Below the pieces are notes generated by a model, which did not search any database, had not been told where the DNA came from, and worked only from the letters and a program-made list of their open reading frames with translations. A DNA stretch of 64,000 nucleotides from Mobula hypostoma. Its lineage: Eukaryota. Shown here piece by piece: positions 11,690 through 25,030 of the stretch. The stretch is from assembly GCF_963921235.1 (NCBI RefSeq), contig NC_086110.1, positions 620,001 through 684,000 on the forward strand, written 5' to 3'. Each line of letters opens with the position of its first letter. Position 1 is the stretch's first letter. A program made the position numbers and the translations under genes.

Positions 11690-12535
11690 AACTACATAGC
11701 ATATATTGCAGGGAGACATTGATAGGATGCAGAAGCGAGCTGAGAAGTTTCAGCTGAAGTTCAATTCAGAAAAGTGTGACGTGGTACACCTTGGAAGGAC
11801 AAGCTCCAAGTCAGGGTACAATGTAAATGGCATGATACTTGGAAGTGTGAAGGAGCAGAGCGATCTGGGGGTACATGTCTACAGATTCCTGAAAGTTGCT
11901 GCACGGGTAGATAGGTAAGAAAGCTTATGGGATGTTAGGTTTCATTAGTCGAGAGATAGAGCTTAAGAATCTCGAGGTAATGATGCAACTCTATAAAACT
12001 CTGGTTTAGCCACACTTGGAGTACTCCGTCTAGTTCTGGTCGCCTCACTATAGAAAGGATCTGGTAGCATTGGAAAGGGCACAGAGGAGATTTACCAGGA
12101 TGCAGCCTGGTTTAGAGAGCATGGATTATGATCAGAGATTAAGGGAGCAAGGGCTTTACTCTTTGGAGAGAAGGAGGATGAGAGGAGACATGATAGAAGT
12201 ATACAAGATATTAAGAGGAATAGATAAAGTAGATAGACAGCGCCTCTTAGCCAGGGCACAACTGCCCAATAAAAGCGGACATGGTTTTAAACTTAAGGGT
12301 GTGAAGTTCAAGGGGGATATTAGAGGATTTTTTTTTTCACTCAGAGAGTGGTTGGTGTGTGGAATGCACTGCCTGAGTCAGTGGTGGAGGCAGATGCATT
12401 ACTTAAATTTAAGGGACTACTAGACAGATATATGGAGGAATTTAATGTGGGACTTATATAGGAGGCATGGTTTGAAGGTTGGCACAATATTGTGGGCCAA
12501 AGGGCCTGCACTCTGCTGTACTATTCTATGCTATC
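11690..12535 (+). mobile_element. CR1 LINE 3' fragment
   Basis: QGDIDRMQK.AEK.QLKFN.EKC; ERAQRRFTRM.PG...GLYSLERRRMRGDMIEVYK; ends in a tattctatg tail. Confidence 0.85.
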
Positions 12536-12989
12536 TAATATAAAGACAACAAAGAACAAATGGGTTACTTGACAAGTGTGTGAAATGAAAGAGACACCAA
12601 AGAGCGAAATCATGAGGCCAGAAGTTTGCGCTATCGGACATTGAGAAGGGGAATAGCAACATTTCTACAGATATAATAAGGCCAGTAGACCAAACTGGTC
12701 GTCATGATAATCACAGTGGTCAAGTTTTAATCGAAGCGAGAGAGATCAGAAAGATCTTACAAGACGTTGGCGTCGTTGCACTCAGCTTGACAACGATGAG
12801 CTCATGCATTGATTAACAAGGAGGAGATCTTGAAATGCTGATCCAATTTGGGTGGATAAATCCACAGGGCTGACAAGATGTTTATTTTTACCCTGATAAA
12901 TGTGAGGTGTTTCAAGTCGATAGTGCGGTTAACAAAGGTTAAGTGATGCTTGTTTTTATCAGTCAAAGTATTTTTGACGCTGCAGATAT

Positions 12990-14520
12990 TTTAATGAGGG
13001 ATTCAGAGATGACAGAGGAACTGAATGCGTATTTTGTATCAGTTTTTACAGTGGAAGACATCTGCAGTATATCGGACATTCAAGAGTGGGAGGGAAATGA
13101 AGTATGTGCAGTAAACATTATGAGTAAGAAGGTGCTCAGGACGCTTAAGGGTCTGAGCGTGGATAAGTCTCCTAGAACCGTTGGAATGCACCCTTGAGTC
13201 TGCAAGAACTAGCTGCAGAGACTGCAGAGTCATTAATAATGATCTTTCAAGAATCGATAGATTCTGGCATAATACCGGATGACTGAAAAATTGAGAAAGT
13301 TACTCCGCTATTTGAGAAAGGTGGGTGGCAGCAGAAAGGAAATCATAGACCCGTTAGTCGTTGTGAAGTTGTTGGAATTGATTGTTGGGGATGAGATAAC
13401 GGACTACCTGGAGGCACATTACAAGATTGGCCAAAGCCACCATAATTTCCTGAAAGGAATTTCCTGCCCGATTAGCATACTGCAGTGTTTGAGGAAATTA
13501 CAAGCAGTGTAGACAAAGGAGATGCAGTAGACGTGTTGTACTTGCATTTTCAGAAGTCCTTTGAGAAAGTTCTGTACATGAGGCTGTTCAGTAAGATAGG
13601 GCCCATGGAATTACAGGAGAGTTGCTAGCATGGGTGGAGCATTGGCTGATCGGCAGAAAACAGAAAGTGGAAATAAAGAGATCCTGTTCTGGCTGTTTGC
13701 ATGTTACCAGTCGAGTTCGACTGGTTCGGTGCTGGGACTACTGCTATTTACGATGTCTGGCAATGATGGGCACTGTGGGATTAATGGATTTGTGGCTAAA
13801 TTTGTCGATGATACAAAGATAGGGGGATAGTATTGAGGAAACAAGGAGCCTGAAGAGGGAATTAGGTAGTTTAGAGGAAAGGGCAAAGAAGTGGCAAATT
13901 AAATACAATGGATGGGTAACTAATTCAAAATTCAGAAATGCAAAGGGACTTGGTAACCCTTGTGCAGGATACCCTAAATGTTAACCTTCAAGTTGAATCG
14001 GTGGTGAAAAAGACGAATGCATTGTTGGCATTTTTTTTTAGAGCTATAGAATATAAAAACAGGGGTGTGATGTTGAGGCTCTATAAGTACCCGTAAGACC
14101 ACACTTGGAGTATTGTGTGCAGTTTTGGACTCCTTATTTTAGAAACGATATATTGACATTGGAGAGTGTTAGGTCAAGATTCACGAGAATGATTCCAGGA
14201 ACGAAAGGGTTAATGCTTGGAAAACGACTGGAAGCTCTTGGGCTGTATTCTCTGCAGTTCAGGAGAAGGAGGGGGCATGTCATAGAAACGTTCCGAGTAT
14301 TCAATGGCCTGCAGAGAATAGATATGGCAAAGTTAGTTTCCATGGTGGGAGTGTCTAGGACAAGAGGGCACAACTTCAGGATTGAACGACATCCACTTAG
14401 AACAGAGTTGCGGAGAAATTACTTTAGTCAGAGGGTCATAAATCTGTGGAATTCGTTGCCAGGTGTGGCTGTGGAGGCCAATTTATTGGTCGCATTTCAG
14501 AAATAGATAGATAAGTTTTT
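12990..14520 (+). mobile_element. CR1 LINE ORF2 fragment (decayed)
   Basis: MTEELNAYFVSVFT, KFVDDTKIGG and EYCVQFWTPY.RNDI motifs across broken frames. Confidence 0.85.
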
Positions 14521-14899
14521 GATTCGCCAAACAGCACGCATCGAATGTAAGAGAATAGCTTCAAAGGGTATGAGAAAGTTTTTTTTTTAACCCGGAGACT
14601 GGTGGATGCCCTTAATGCAGCGTCTGATATGGCGGTAGAGGAAAATGCATTTGAAGTTTTTGAGCGTCGTCTTGATAGGCATATGATTATGAGGAAGATG
14701 GGGAGATGTGGAGGAATTCGTTTTTGGGTTTTCTTAACTTAGGTTTTTGCTGGATCGGCTCAACATTATGGCCGTATGACATGTTACTCTGCTATACTTT
14801 TCTATCTACTATGTTCTATGTGGTGAACTATCGCAGGAATTGCATAGGTTGTAGCAGAGGTATTTATGGCAGTCTGAAACACAGCTGAGGAACAAACGA

Positions 14900-15205
14900 G
14901 GGGCCACAGTTTGAGGATAGAGGGGAAGCCCTTTAGGACCGAGATTAGGAAAAACTTCTTCACACAGAGAGTGGTGAATCTGTGGAATTCTCTGCCACAG
15001 GAAACAGTTGAGGCCTGTTCATTGGCTATATTTAAGAGGGAGTTAGATATGGCCCTTGTGGCTACGGGGGTCAGGGGGTATGGAGGGAAGGCTGGGGCGG
15101 GGTTCTGAGTTGGATGATCAGCCATGATCATAATAAATGGCGGTGCAGGCTCGAAGGGCGAATTGCCTACTCCTGCACCTATTTTTATGTTTCTATGTTT
15201 CTATG
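14900..15205 (+). mobile_element. Young CR1 3' end, same subfamily as 3406-3860 and 43047-44337
   Basis: RIEGKPFRTEIRKNFFTQRVVNLWNSLPQETVEA...GYGGKAGAGF, ending in (tttctatg)n. Confidence 0.9.
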
Positions 15206-16597
15206 ATCTCTGTCTTATAGGCCGCTGTTAGGCTGTCTATCGAGAGGGTGAACCGTTACAAGGCGGAAGGTCCGGATGGGGTACCGGGTAAGGCTCTGAA
15301 AACCTGTGCCAGCCGACTAGCGGACGTATTCGAGGACATTTTCAATGTCTCACTACTGCGGCCGGAAGTTCCCACTTGCTTTAAAAAGGCAACAATTATA
15401 CCAGCGCCTAGGAAGAATAATGTGGGTTGCCTTAATGACCATCGCCCGGTTGCACTCACATCGAGAATAATAAAATATTTTGAGAGGTTGGCCATGACTG
15501 GACTGAGCTCCTTAGGCAAGGAGCTGGACCCATTGCAATTTGCCTATCGTCACAAGAGCTCAACGGCAGACGCAATCTCAGTGGCTCTCCACACGGCGTT
15601 ATACCACCTGGCCAACACAAACACCTATGTCAGGAAGCTTTTCATCGATTAAAGCTGAGCATTTAATACAAACATTCCCACAATCCTGATTGAAAAGTTG
15701 CAGAACCTGGGCCAATGTACTCCTGTAATTGGATCCTCGACTTCCTAACGGAAAGAACACAATCTGTGCAGAATGATGACAACATATCCTCCTCGCAGGC
15801 GATCAACACTGCCGCACCTCAGGGGTGTGAGCTGTGTCCACTGCTCTACTCTCTATATACACATGACTGTGTGGCTAGGAATAGCTCAAACACTATCTAT
15901 AAATTTGCTGACGATACAACTATTGTTGGCAGAACCTCGGGTGGTGACGAGGGGGCGTACAGGAGTGCGATATGCCAACTAGTGGAGTAGTGCCGCTACA
16001 ACAACCTGGAACTCAACGTCAAACAGCTGATTGTGGAAATCGGGAAGGGTAAGACGAAGGAACACATACCAATCCTCATAGAGGAATCAGAAGTGGAGAG
16101 GGTGAACAGTTTCAAGTTTTTGGCTGTCAAGATTTCCGAGGAACTAATCTGGTCCCAACATATCGATGTAGATATAAATAAAGCAAGAGAGCGCCTATAT
16201 TACATTAGGAGTTTGAAAAGATTTGGCCAGTCAAAAAATACACTCAAAAACTTCTATATTGTACTGTGGAGAACATTATGTCAGCGTGCATCACTGTCTG
16301 ATATGGGGGTGGGGGGGGGGGGGCGGGGCGCTACTGCGCAGGACCAAAGGAAGTTGTAGAGGGTTGTACATCTAGCCAGCTCCATCTTGGGTACTAGCCT
16401 ACTTCATATCCAGCACCCAGGGTGAGCCCTTTTCTCATTGTTACCATCAGGTAGAAGGTACAGAAACCGGAAGACACGTATTCTGCAATTCAGGAACTAC
16501 TTTTATCCCTCTGCTATCTGAATCCTAAATGGACATTGAACCCCTGGACACTACCACACTTTTTATTTTAATATACAGTATTTCTGTTTTTTGCCCG

Positions 16598-17201
16598 TGT
16601 AACACTCTCTTCGCCTAGCGGCTTGATCTCGGGGGTGATAACCCCCTTGCCCGGCCAAACTTCAGAAATCTCGTTTGGGTGGTTGCTGCTTGATATGTCA
16701 CCTGTCACAAATCAGGTCCCCAAAATAACAAGCAGTACACAAAATGCGATTAAAGGATTAAGCTTTATAACTCTTACTTTGACGATGTGGTTGGTAGAGA
16801 AACAAAATATAAAAGAAAAATGTGGCGAATCTTATTAAACAGTCTGTGCGCAATCGTTGGTGCTCACTCTGTAGACTTCCTTCCACCATTCGATCTCCTC
16901 CGAGTGTAAACGACTTTCGGACGCCCGGTCGGAGTCCACTCTGTCTGGTGGCCTACCGAATCTCTCCATTCGCGTCTTCTTTCTTCATCCTTCTCTCTCC
17001 CTCTAGCAAACACCCGCAAAACCAACAGCTTCCGGAATTACCAGACAGGGCAACAGAATCCTAATTGGCTAACATGCATAAATATCTCCAGCCATAACCC
17101 AAACATTTCTGCTACAGAGAAACGGTTACATCAGCAGTGAACATTACAGTAAACCCATTACATTAGCATTGGCAGTGAAACATGGCAAAGAAGCCGTTAC
17201 A
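16598..17201 (-). mobile_element. Solo LTR related to the Gypsy LTRs at 7962/10923
   Basis: TGTAACA...GTTACA termini. Internal aaatcagg...aaataac...agctttata..cttactttgac block matches the LTRs at 8080-8150 and 11030-11110. Confidence 0.7.
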
Positions 17202-17267
17202 GACGTTTTTTTTAAATATATTCATTACATGTATACTGCAATTCATTTGCTTGTTTACTTATTATCT

Positions 17268-17315
17268 GTTTGTTTGTCTGTTTGTTTGTTTATTTATTTA
17301 TTTATTTATTTATTT
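17268..17315. repeat. (TTTG)n/(TTTA)n microsatellite within the LINE 3' UTR
   Basis: tgtttgtttgtctgtttgtttgtttatttatttatttatttattt. Confidence 0.8.
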
Positions 17316-17759
17316 TCCCTTCTAGATTATGTATTGCAATGAACTGCTGCTGCTAAGTTAACAAATTTCACGTCACATGTCGGACATAATAAACCTGATT
17401 CTGATTCTGATTCTACTGTTCTGCATTGTTCAGGAAAGGCTTCGGTAAAACTTGTTAAAAAAGACTTTTCTTACTTAACACCTTAGTATGCACCTTATGG
17501 ACTTTAGGCTGCTGATTATGAAAATGACCATGTTTTTTTTATCACGTGTCAATCTTCGGAAGTTGCCTTTATCTTCATGTCAATTCATCGTTCAAGACAA
17601 CGCAAGTGTTACCAACCATGTAAGAAGGCACATTTGGTGAAATTGGGGGCGTGGGTGGTCTATCTGTAGACAGCCTGGGGACTGGGATTCAACGGCACCA
17701 TGCAAGGGATGAAGCGAGGCTCAGCCAAGGGACAGAGTTGCAGGAGGGCATGAGGTGAG

Positions 17760-18624
17760 TCCCGGCCTGGTAGACCAGAAGTAACCCAGGCAGTGTTGGA
17801 ACCTGAAGGTGTAGGTGAGGGGGTACGGTGGTCTCAAAGAATCACGCTACCACCGGATAGGCTGGTCCATATAGCACCGGGGGAACAAAATGTGGCACTT
17901 AACATCTTGGGGAGCTATGTCACTGCCTTTTACACTTGGTTTGGACTTGGTGCTTTGCATGAAGGGTTGGCAATTTATTTCAATGTCATGAGGACATGAC
18001 AAAGTTTGGGGGGGGGGCGGAAATTGTACCACCCTAGGAAACGTTTAGCTTCTAGTGTAATGGTCTTTCGCAGCACTGCCAATGTAATCGTCTGTCTGTA
18101 GCAGCAGTGTTTTGGTTATGGTTAGAGATAACGGAGGCTTTGGAATGTGAGACGTCCCATTTTGGGAGTGTTTTTCTGCCGTGTGCCTGACACCGAAATG
18201 ATCTGTGTCTCTTGTTCGGTGGAAGACGGAGAGAGTAGATACGGGAAAGGAGAGGTTGTAGACACCTGAAAGGAATGGAGATGCAGTGGTGCCGGCAATC
18301 AAAGAAGCCCGTGGAAATTGGTGGAGAACCAGCAGAAGGAAAACTATGATCTCCAACTTGTACACAACGGATTGTTTCTTAAAATGGGCCCCTTTTTTTT
18401 GTTTTACTTTACTAACACTTCAGTAAACTTAACAATTATAAAGCTAAATGGTTTAATTTCATTTGGTGTACTGTCAGTTATTTCGTGGTACGGATTTCTA
18501 ACAGTATGACACATCGCGCAGCATCCACACAAACAGATGGATTTGCACCTCAATCTCACACGTTTGGTGGGACTAGAGATTGTCTTCCCTAGAATTACGC
18601 AGTTTGCAGAACCTGAGGGTTACA
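17760..18624 (+). mobile_element. Gypsy 3' internal fragment, polypurine tract and LTR (18025-18624)
   Basis: 17900-18000 is the reverse-complement homologue of 8520-8620. G-run PPT at 18008-18020 precedes tgtacc. The LTR ends gagggttaca, the reverse complement of the 7962 LTR start. Confidence 0.75.
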
Positions 18625-18729
18625 TTTGAAGTACGGAATTCATGAATTTGTCGCTAAGTTTGCAGACAGTAAAAAGATAGGTGGAGAAGCAGGTAGTTTT
18701 GAGAAAGTAGAGATGCTACAGAAGATTCG

Positions 18730-20100
18730 AGTCATACGGGGGCGCTGGTAAAGGACTCATAAGCAAGACACAGCCATTGAACTACTAGGAACAGGACTAG
18801 GAGGTTAGTCAAGGAAGCAAGGAAAGTGGGGGGGGGGGGGGGAAAGGACGCTGGACATGACACAGGCCCTGAACGAGACAGGGATACAGGGCCTGGGCTA
18901 GGAGCTTGACTAGGATAGTGGAACCAGGACATAGAAAAAGGAACTAGGAGCCTGGGCTTGAACTCCGAGCCAGAGACTGGACAAGGACCATAAAATCTGG
19001 GTATTGACAGGGGCTATCACCCCGGATCTAAGATTAGACATGACGAGGTTTGCGTTCGTCAGGGCTAGGGTACTTTGAGGCTTGGGTATGGACTCCGAGC
19101 CAGAGACTGGGGCACATCCCAGAACCTGGGACTTGACTCAGGCTCGGACTCCAGAAGTAGGCGAGGACAAGACGTGGCTACAGGAAAAGGAGCGGCAACA
19201 GGACTGGACGTGAGACTCCTGGACAGGACACGGGAACCCCAGCACAGTAGGTGGGAACACCAGCAGAGGACGAGTGAACCCCAACACTGGGCTGGGCACA
19301 GTATTCCTGGGCTGGGGGGAGACACATGGACAAGACGAGAACAGAAAGCCATGGCTTGGAAAGGACAAGGTTCTTAGATCATGGCTAGGACTTGACGAGA
19401 TCCCGAAGCCTTAACTTGGTCGGGGGAGAGACAGGACCGCAGAGCCTTGGTAGATGGAGAGAGAGGAACGCAAAGCCTTGGTCGAAGGAGAGACAGGAAA
19501 GCAGAGCCTTGGTCGAGGGAGAGACAGGAACATGGAACACTAAGGAGGCACCACTCCTTGGGAATAGTATATAGGGCCGTGACTCATGCACAGAAACAGA
19601 GCCGGGACCCCTCCTTGGGTACAGGACGTAGGGCCAGCACTTATTACACAGAATGCAGAAAACCACAAAACAGTTTCAAAACAAGGTAGCAGCAGACGGC
19701 CGGACCTACCTAGCGAAGGCGTGTACACAGCGTTAGTTCATAACAACAACGGACATTCCTTTCCTTGCTCCGGCGATGGAACTTGACAGCGCTGCAGGCG
19801 AGGGTTACAGGCGAGGGCAGGCGAGGCAAGGCGTCAGATGAGGCGAGGCGAGGCAAGGATTCAGAAGAGGCGAAGCGAGGCAAGGCTTCCGGCGAGGAAG
19901 GGGAAGGGAAGGGACTCAGACGGGAGTATACACAGGAACAATCCAGCAGACTGAGGCTGAATCCTAAAGTTATTTATGAAGCCACCAGAAAGGAAAATCA
20001 GCTGTCACAAAAGAAACTGGGGAAAAGCGGATAACCTGAATTAAGGAATATGGACCGTACCGTGAGCCGGAATGCGGATTTCATGGACCGCACCATGACA
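18730..20100. mobile_element. About 1.37-kb solo LTR (second family), inverted relative to 26104-27344
   Basis: Right end ccatgaca (reverse complement TGTCATGG), left end agtcatacgggggcg. Flanks attcg/attag fit a 5-bp TSD with one mismatch. It splits a CR1 fragment. Confidence 0.75.
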
Positions 20101-21275
20101 ATTAGGGTAATAGGCAGAGAAGTTGCAGTTGGAATAGAATGTCCTTAACTGGATCGTCGTGCGCTTCAGGTGAAGAAGTAACAGGGTAGACTGTTTTCAA
20201 GGCAGAGAGAAAGTGGGAATACCTGAGGTGCAAAGGGACTTTGGAGTTCTGGTCAATGATTCCATTAAAAAAAAAAAAATATATATATATATATATAGTT
20301 TGAGTCGGTGGTGAGAAAAGACCATACAGTATTTATATTATTTCGCGAGGACTAGATTATAAAAAAAATAAAGAAGTAATGTTAAAGCTTTATAAAGCTG
20401 TAGTGCGGCTTCAGATGGAGTATTGTGAGCATGTTTGGGCTCCTCTCTAAGGAAGAATGTTCGGACATTGGAAAGGTTCCAGAAGAGGGTCATCAATATG
20501 GCTTGATAGGCCTGTGATATGAGGTCCACCTGCTCACTGACCGTCCGTACATTCATGAAATGCTTCCGAAGGTTTTCTGAGACGTCCCTAAGTAGTTGGT
20601 CGTGGGCGCCCAGTAGGTAGCTCCGGCTGGCGAGGGCCTGTCGTACGGAATCCGTGTGCTCTGAGTTCGTTTTGGCCAGTTCGTTCTGTTACACAAGGGT
20701 GGCTGTGTACAAACCCAAGTGCAAAACACGGGCGCGGGGGCAGAGTCGGGAGGCGTTATTGCCGTAGTGAGCGTGGAATCGGTTTCCAGGAGAGTCTTTA
20801 CTCAAAGTCTTGGGTTTGGAGAGAATCCGGGAACGTTGCTAGACTGCGAATTGACGGGCCTAAGAAACATGAAAGGAATTTACTCACACCGGAGTAGACC
20901 AACGAACTGGCAGCTCCTTGTGATCACAGGGTCTTTATCCTGCATTTCCTGATGGAAAGCAGGCGTGAGTAGTTAGTGGAAATGGGATGATATGAAATTA
21001 AAGGAGGGGATTGAGGGTCAATTCCTGAGGTAAATAGCAAGGTGGGGGATTGCCAGAAGGGGCCATAACAGTGGAGGCCAAGTCATTGGGTGCATTGAAG
21101 GCAGAGGTAGATAGATTCTTCATTAGGCAGGGCATCAAAGGGTGTGGGTAGAAGTTAGTGTAGTAAAACTGAATGAAAGAACTGAATCAGCCCCCCATGA
21201 TTCAATGGCGGAGCAGACTGGTTGGGCCGAATGGCCCACTTCTGTCCCTGTATCTGATGGTCTTATGGTCTTATG
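20101..21275 (+). mobile_element. Decayed CR1 fragments (20101-20540, about 20990-21275) with intervening repeat-like DNA
   Basis: CR1 ORF2 motifs (gagtattgtgagcatgtttgggctcc; ggaaaggttccagaagagg) and a 3' tail tcttatggtcttatg. Confidence 0.55.
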
Positions 21276-21289
21276 TTGAAAGGCCACGA

Positions 21290-22290
21290 CACACCGGACG
21301 TGTTAAAGCAGGAGCACCGGAAACAGTTGATGACACCAGCAGACTAACACGTGAAGTGTCGCTTCACTTGGAAGGACTAATTGGGCACTGAACTGTAGTG
21401 AGGGTGGAGGTGTACGGCAGATGTGGGTTGCAAGGGGAAGTGTCACTTGCTTCGCTGGCAAGGATAAGTGCTAGTAGAGAGATCACTAACGGGGAACAAG
21501 TGGACAAGGAAGTGATGTAGTGATCGCTGCAGAAAGCAGAACGTGGTGTGGAGGAGAAGGAAAGGTGTGATTTGAGGAGCGAACGCTGTAGATGATGGAG
21601 GTTGGTGTATATTTTCTGCTGGATGCGGAGGCTGGTGGGTTGGTATGTTATTATTGCATCCGGTGCTTCTGGGGTAATGTAATCAGTGAGACCTGACGCA
21701 TATTGAGTGGTGTCCTGCCTGCTTCGTCGAGAACCAACGCTTCTTCCACCATAAGAGAGCGGAATCTCCTGCTGCCCACTCAGTTCAGTTCTAATTCCCC
21801 TCCCATTTCGACATGGCTGTCTATGGCCTCCTCTATTGCAGCGATAAAACCACAGTCAGGGTGGAAGATCAACAGCATATATCCCTCAGGGTAGCCTCCA
21901 GCTCGATGGAATGACATCGATTTTTCGATTCCAGTAATTGCACCCCCCGCCTTCACCATTCTCCATTCGCGTTTCCCACTCTGTCCTTACACCATGACCT
22001 CCCCATCACCTCACTCTGGTGCTCATCCCCTTTCACTTTCATCCACGGCCTCTGTCCTCTCCCATCAGAAACCCCGTCTCCAGACCTTCACTCTTTCGCC
22101 AATCACCGTTGCAGCTCTTTACTTCATTCCTCCCCTTTCCCATTTTGCCCTATCACCTCCTACATTCTGCTTCTACCACTCCCCCGCACACTTCCTTACA
22201 CCGACTTCTGATTTCTACATCCCTCCCTGGTAATGTGTTTCGGCCGCAACTTCGACTGCCCACTATTTGCTACAAATTCTGCCTGGTTTG
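21290..22290. mobile_element. Penelope-like fragments in opposite orientations (about 21290-21660 minus, 21690-22290 plus)
   Basis: Both parts align by eye with the GIY-YIG region and 3' end of the Penelope copy at 23750-25030. Confidence 0.65.
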
Positions 22291-22629
22291 TTGCGTATTC
22301 CATGTTTTGTGTGCATTACTTTGATTTCCAGCAGCTGAAAAATTTCTCTTATTTCAAACTAAAACATTTCCGATTGAATGTAAGAGAAAAAATTCTGTAC
22401 AATCACAAGAGTTGAAATGCAATTCCATTAAGTTGAAGCAGAGATTCATGTCCAATCCCGTCTGTACATTTGTTGTTCATGATATGGCCTCTTTGAATCG
22501 GCAAAAAGAAAAAAAAAAACAAGTTCGGGTTAACCGATAGTTGAGCGGTGCATTAGATTTCTCGCCACCGGACTTCTTCATCTTCCTGTTTTCCGCAAGT
22601 CAATTGTCTTCCAAAACCGATCAGTCTGT

Positions 22630-23100
22630 TATAAATACAACGGGCTGTGCAGATGCTGGAAATCCAGACCAGCACACAAAAAACAAATATGGAGGAACGC
22701 AGTAGGGCAGGCATAGGCGAATTAATAGTGGACGTTTCAGGGCTAGACCTTACATCAAGACTGGAAACGAGGGTGAAGACGCGAGCCTAAGAAGGTTGGG
22801 GTGAGCAAAAAGACTGGCTAGATGGTGATAGATGTAACCAGCTGGGTGGTGACCGAAGTATACAGGAGGTGAATCAGTTCGTTTGTTCTGGAAACAAATG
22901 GCAAGAGGGAGGTTACAGTGTGGGACTGATGGACAAGGGAATACGAATGGAGAGATCCTTAGGGAAATCGGAGATCGGAGGGTGTGGGTGAGGTAAGGAG
23001 GTGTCTTGTGGTAAGATTCAGTAGAAGATGGAGGAGGATGCAGAGAATAATGTGTAGGATGCAAAGCCTACTTGGTTAGAAGGCGGGAGAAAATGAAGTC
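22630..23100 (-). mobile_element. Penelope-like terminal repeat fragment
   Basis: tgcagatgctggaaatccagaccagcacacaaaa is the reverse complement of the 24990-25025 end of the plus-strand Penelope. Confidence 0.6.
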
Positions 23101-23149
23101 TCTCCTGTAAAGACGGCGGGAAGGTAGGCTGAGGGAGAATGTCCGAGAA

Positions 23150-23710
23150 ATGCAGTTCCCAAGAAGGGCAGACTCAGTTGGCTCAACGATTATCTCCCAG
23201 TTGCACTCAAACCTATCGTCCCGCAGTGCTATGAGAGTTTGGCTGTGGTCTGGACCAATTCATTCCTTGGCATGGAGCTCGACCCGCTGAAATTTGCCAA
23301 TTGCCACAATATGTCTACAGTTAATCTATTATCACTAGCTTGGCCTTGGATCATCTGAACACTAACAATACCCACGTTAGCTTGCTGTTTATTGATTACT
23401 CATCAGAATACAGCAACATCATATTCTCACTACGAGTCTACAATTCCAACGCCTGGACCTCTGCATGCCCTTCTGCAAGTGGACTCTTCACTTACTCATT
23501 AGATCACCTTATTCACAGCGGATTGAAAATCTTGATCACTGACGATTACCACTGACACACATGAAGGATACGTGTACAGTCCACTGCTATACTGTCTCGT
23601 TCTGCAATTATCACCGTGAGACTAAGCACAGCTCTTTTCAGATGGCGAATAGGAGGTGTACAGGAGTGAGACAGACCAGTTTCTTCAGTGGTGTAGCAGC
23701 AAAAAACTTG
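23150..23710 (+). mobile_element. Rex1/Babar-like LINE fragment
   Basis: ALDHLNTNNTHVSLLFIDYSS (cf. LFID.SSAFNT) and homology to 15500-16020. Confidence 0.6.
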
Positions 23711-23749
23711 CACTTAATGACACTCAGTAAATGATTCCTCTTCCCATCC

Positions 23750-25030
23750 TGTCACTTGTAATAATGCCATCACCTGCACTCAATTGCCCCGTCTCCACCG
23801 CACCTGCTCTCAGAATGAGGCATTTTATTCCAAGACGAAGGAGATGCCTTCCTTTGTTAAAGGAATGGTATTCCCTTCCTCCACCATCAAATCTGCCCTC
23901 AAACGAATCTCTCCCATTTCACGCACATCTGCTGTCACCCCATCCGCCCGCTACCCCAGTAGGGATAGGGCCCCCCTTGTCCTCACCTACCACCCTACCA
24001 GCCTCCGTGTCCAACATGTAATTCTCGGTAACTTCCGCCATCTCCAACGGGATCCCACCACCAAGCACATGTTTCCGTACTACCAACTTTCTGCATTCCG
24101 CAGGGATAGCCCCCTACGCGACTCCCTTGTCCATTTGGTCCCCACCCCCGCTCTCGCCCAGCCCCCATCCCTTCCCACCGATCTTTCTCCTGGCACTTAT
24201 CCTTGTAAGCGAAACAACTGTCTCCATTACACTTCCTCTCTCACCACCATTCAGGGTCCCAGACAGTCCTTCCAGGTGAGGCGACAGCTCAGTTGTCAGT
24301 CTACCGGTGTGATATACTCTGTCCGGTGCTCCCGGTGTGGCCTTCTACATATTTGTGAGACCAGATGCAACTTGGGAGATCGCTTCACTGAACATCTACG
24401 TTCTGCCCGCCAGAGGAAGCAGGATTTCCCAGTGGCCACGCATTTTAATTCCACGTCCCATTCCTATTCTGATACGTGAATCCATGGCCTCCTCCACTGC
24501 CGAGAGGAAGCCACACTCAGGTTGGAGGAAGAACACTTTATATTCCGTCTGGTTTGCCTCGAAGATGATGTCATGAGTGTCGATTTCTCTAACTTCCATT
24601 AATGCCCCTCCTCTCCTTCTTACCCAATTCATAATCATTCATGTATTTATTTCTTACTTTCTCTCTTTCCTTCTCATAATAATTTCTTGCCTGTTCTCCA
24701 TCATCCTTTGGGTCATCCCTCCCCCTTCGTTTCTTCCAAGGACTTGCGCCCCTGGTACTCTCCCTTCACAAGCCTTGTATCCCTTTTGCCAATCATCTTC
24801 CCTGCTCATGGTTTCATCTCTCCCTCTCCTGTCTTCTCCTATGAGTTTGGGTGTCCCCATCCCCCTTCTACTTTCTAATTTTCTACTATCTCTTTTTTCT
24901 CGTTAGTCCTGATGAAGGGTCTCGACCCGAAACAACGACTGTACTTCTTCCTATAGATGTTACCTGTCCTGATGTGTTTCACCAGCGTTTTGTGTGTGCT
25001 GCTTGACTTTCCAGCATCTGCAGGTTTTTT
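23750..25030 (+). mobile_element. Penelope-like element, RT C-terminus plus GIY-YIG endonuclease
   Basis: ORF 23784-24479: PLVLTYHP, AFRRDSPLRDSLVH, PGTYPCKRNNC, GVIYSVRCSRCGLLHICET..LGDRFTEH, PVATHFNSTSHS. Confidence 0.9.

Larger units (their letters stand above)
15225..17413 (+). mobile_element. Rex1/Babar-like LINE (RT half plus 3' UTR ending in (GATTCT)n), interrupted by a solo LTR
   Basis: GPDGVPG..LKTCA..LA.VF.DIFN.SL; LDPLQFAYR; PQGCELCPLLYSLYTHDC; KFADDTTIVG; tail ctgattctgattctgattc at about 17396-17413. Confidence 0.85.

Noticed and set aside
19065-20034. Many overlapping ORFs on both strands here and at 26208-27187, and short spaced repeats reminiscent of an array
   Set aside because: GC-rich, stop-poor internal repeats of a solo LTR. 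There are no unique spacers between constant repeats, and the DNA is eukaryotic, so this is not CRISPR.
22500-22627. Minus-strand acceptor-like tatttataacag followed by CpG-rich sequence, as a further gene B exon
   Set aside because: It lies 5 kb beyond the gene B stop codon, all frames close quickly and no motif is recognisable.
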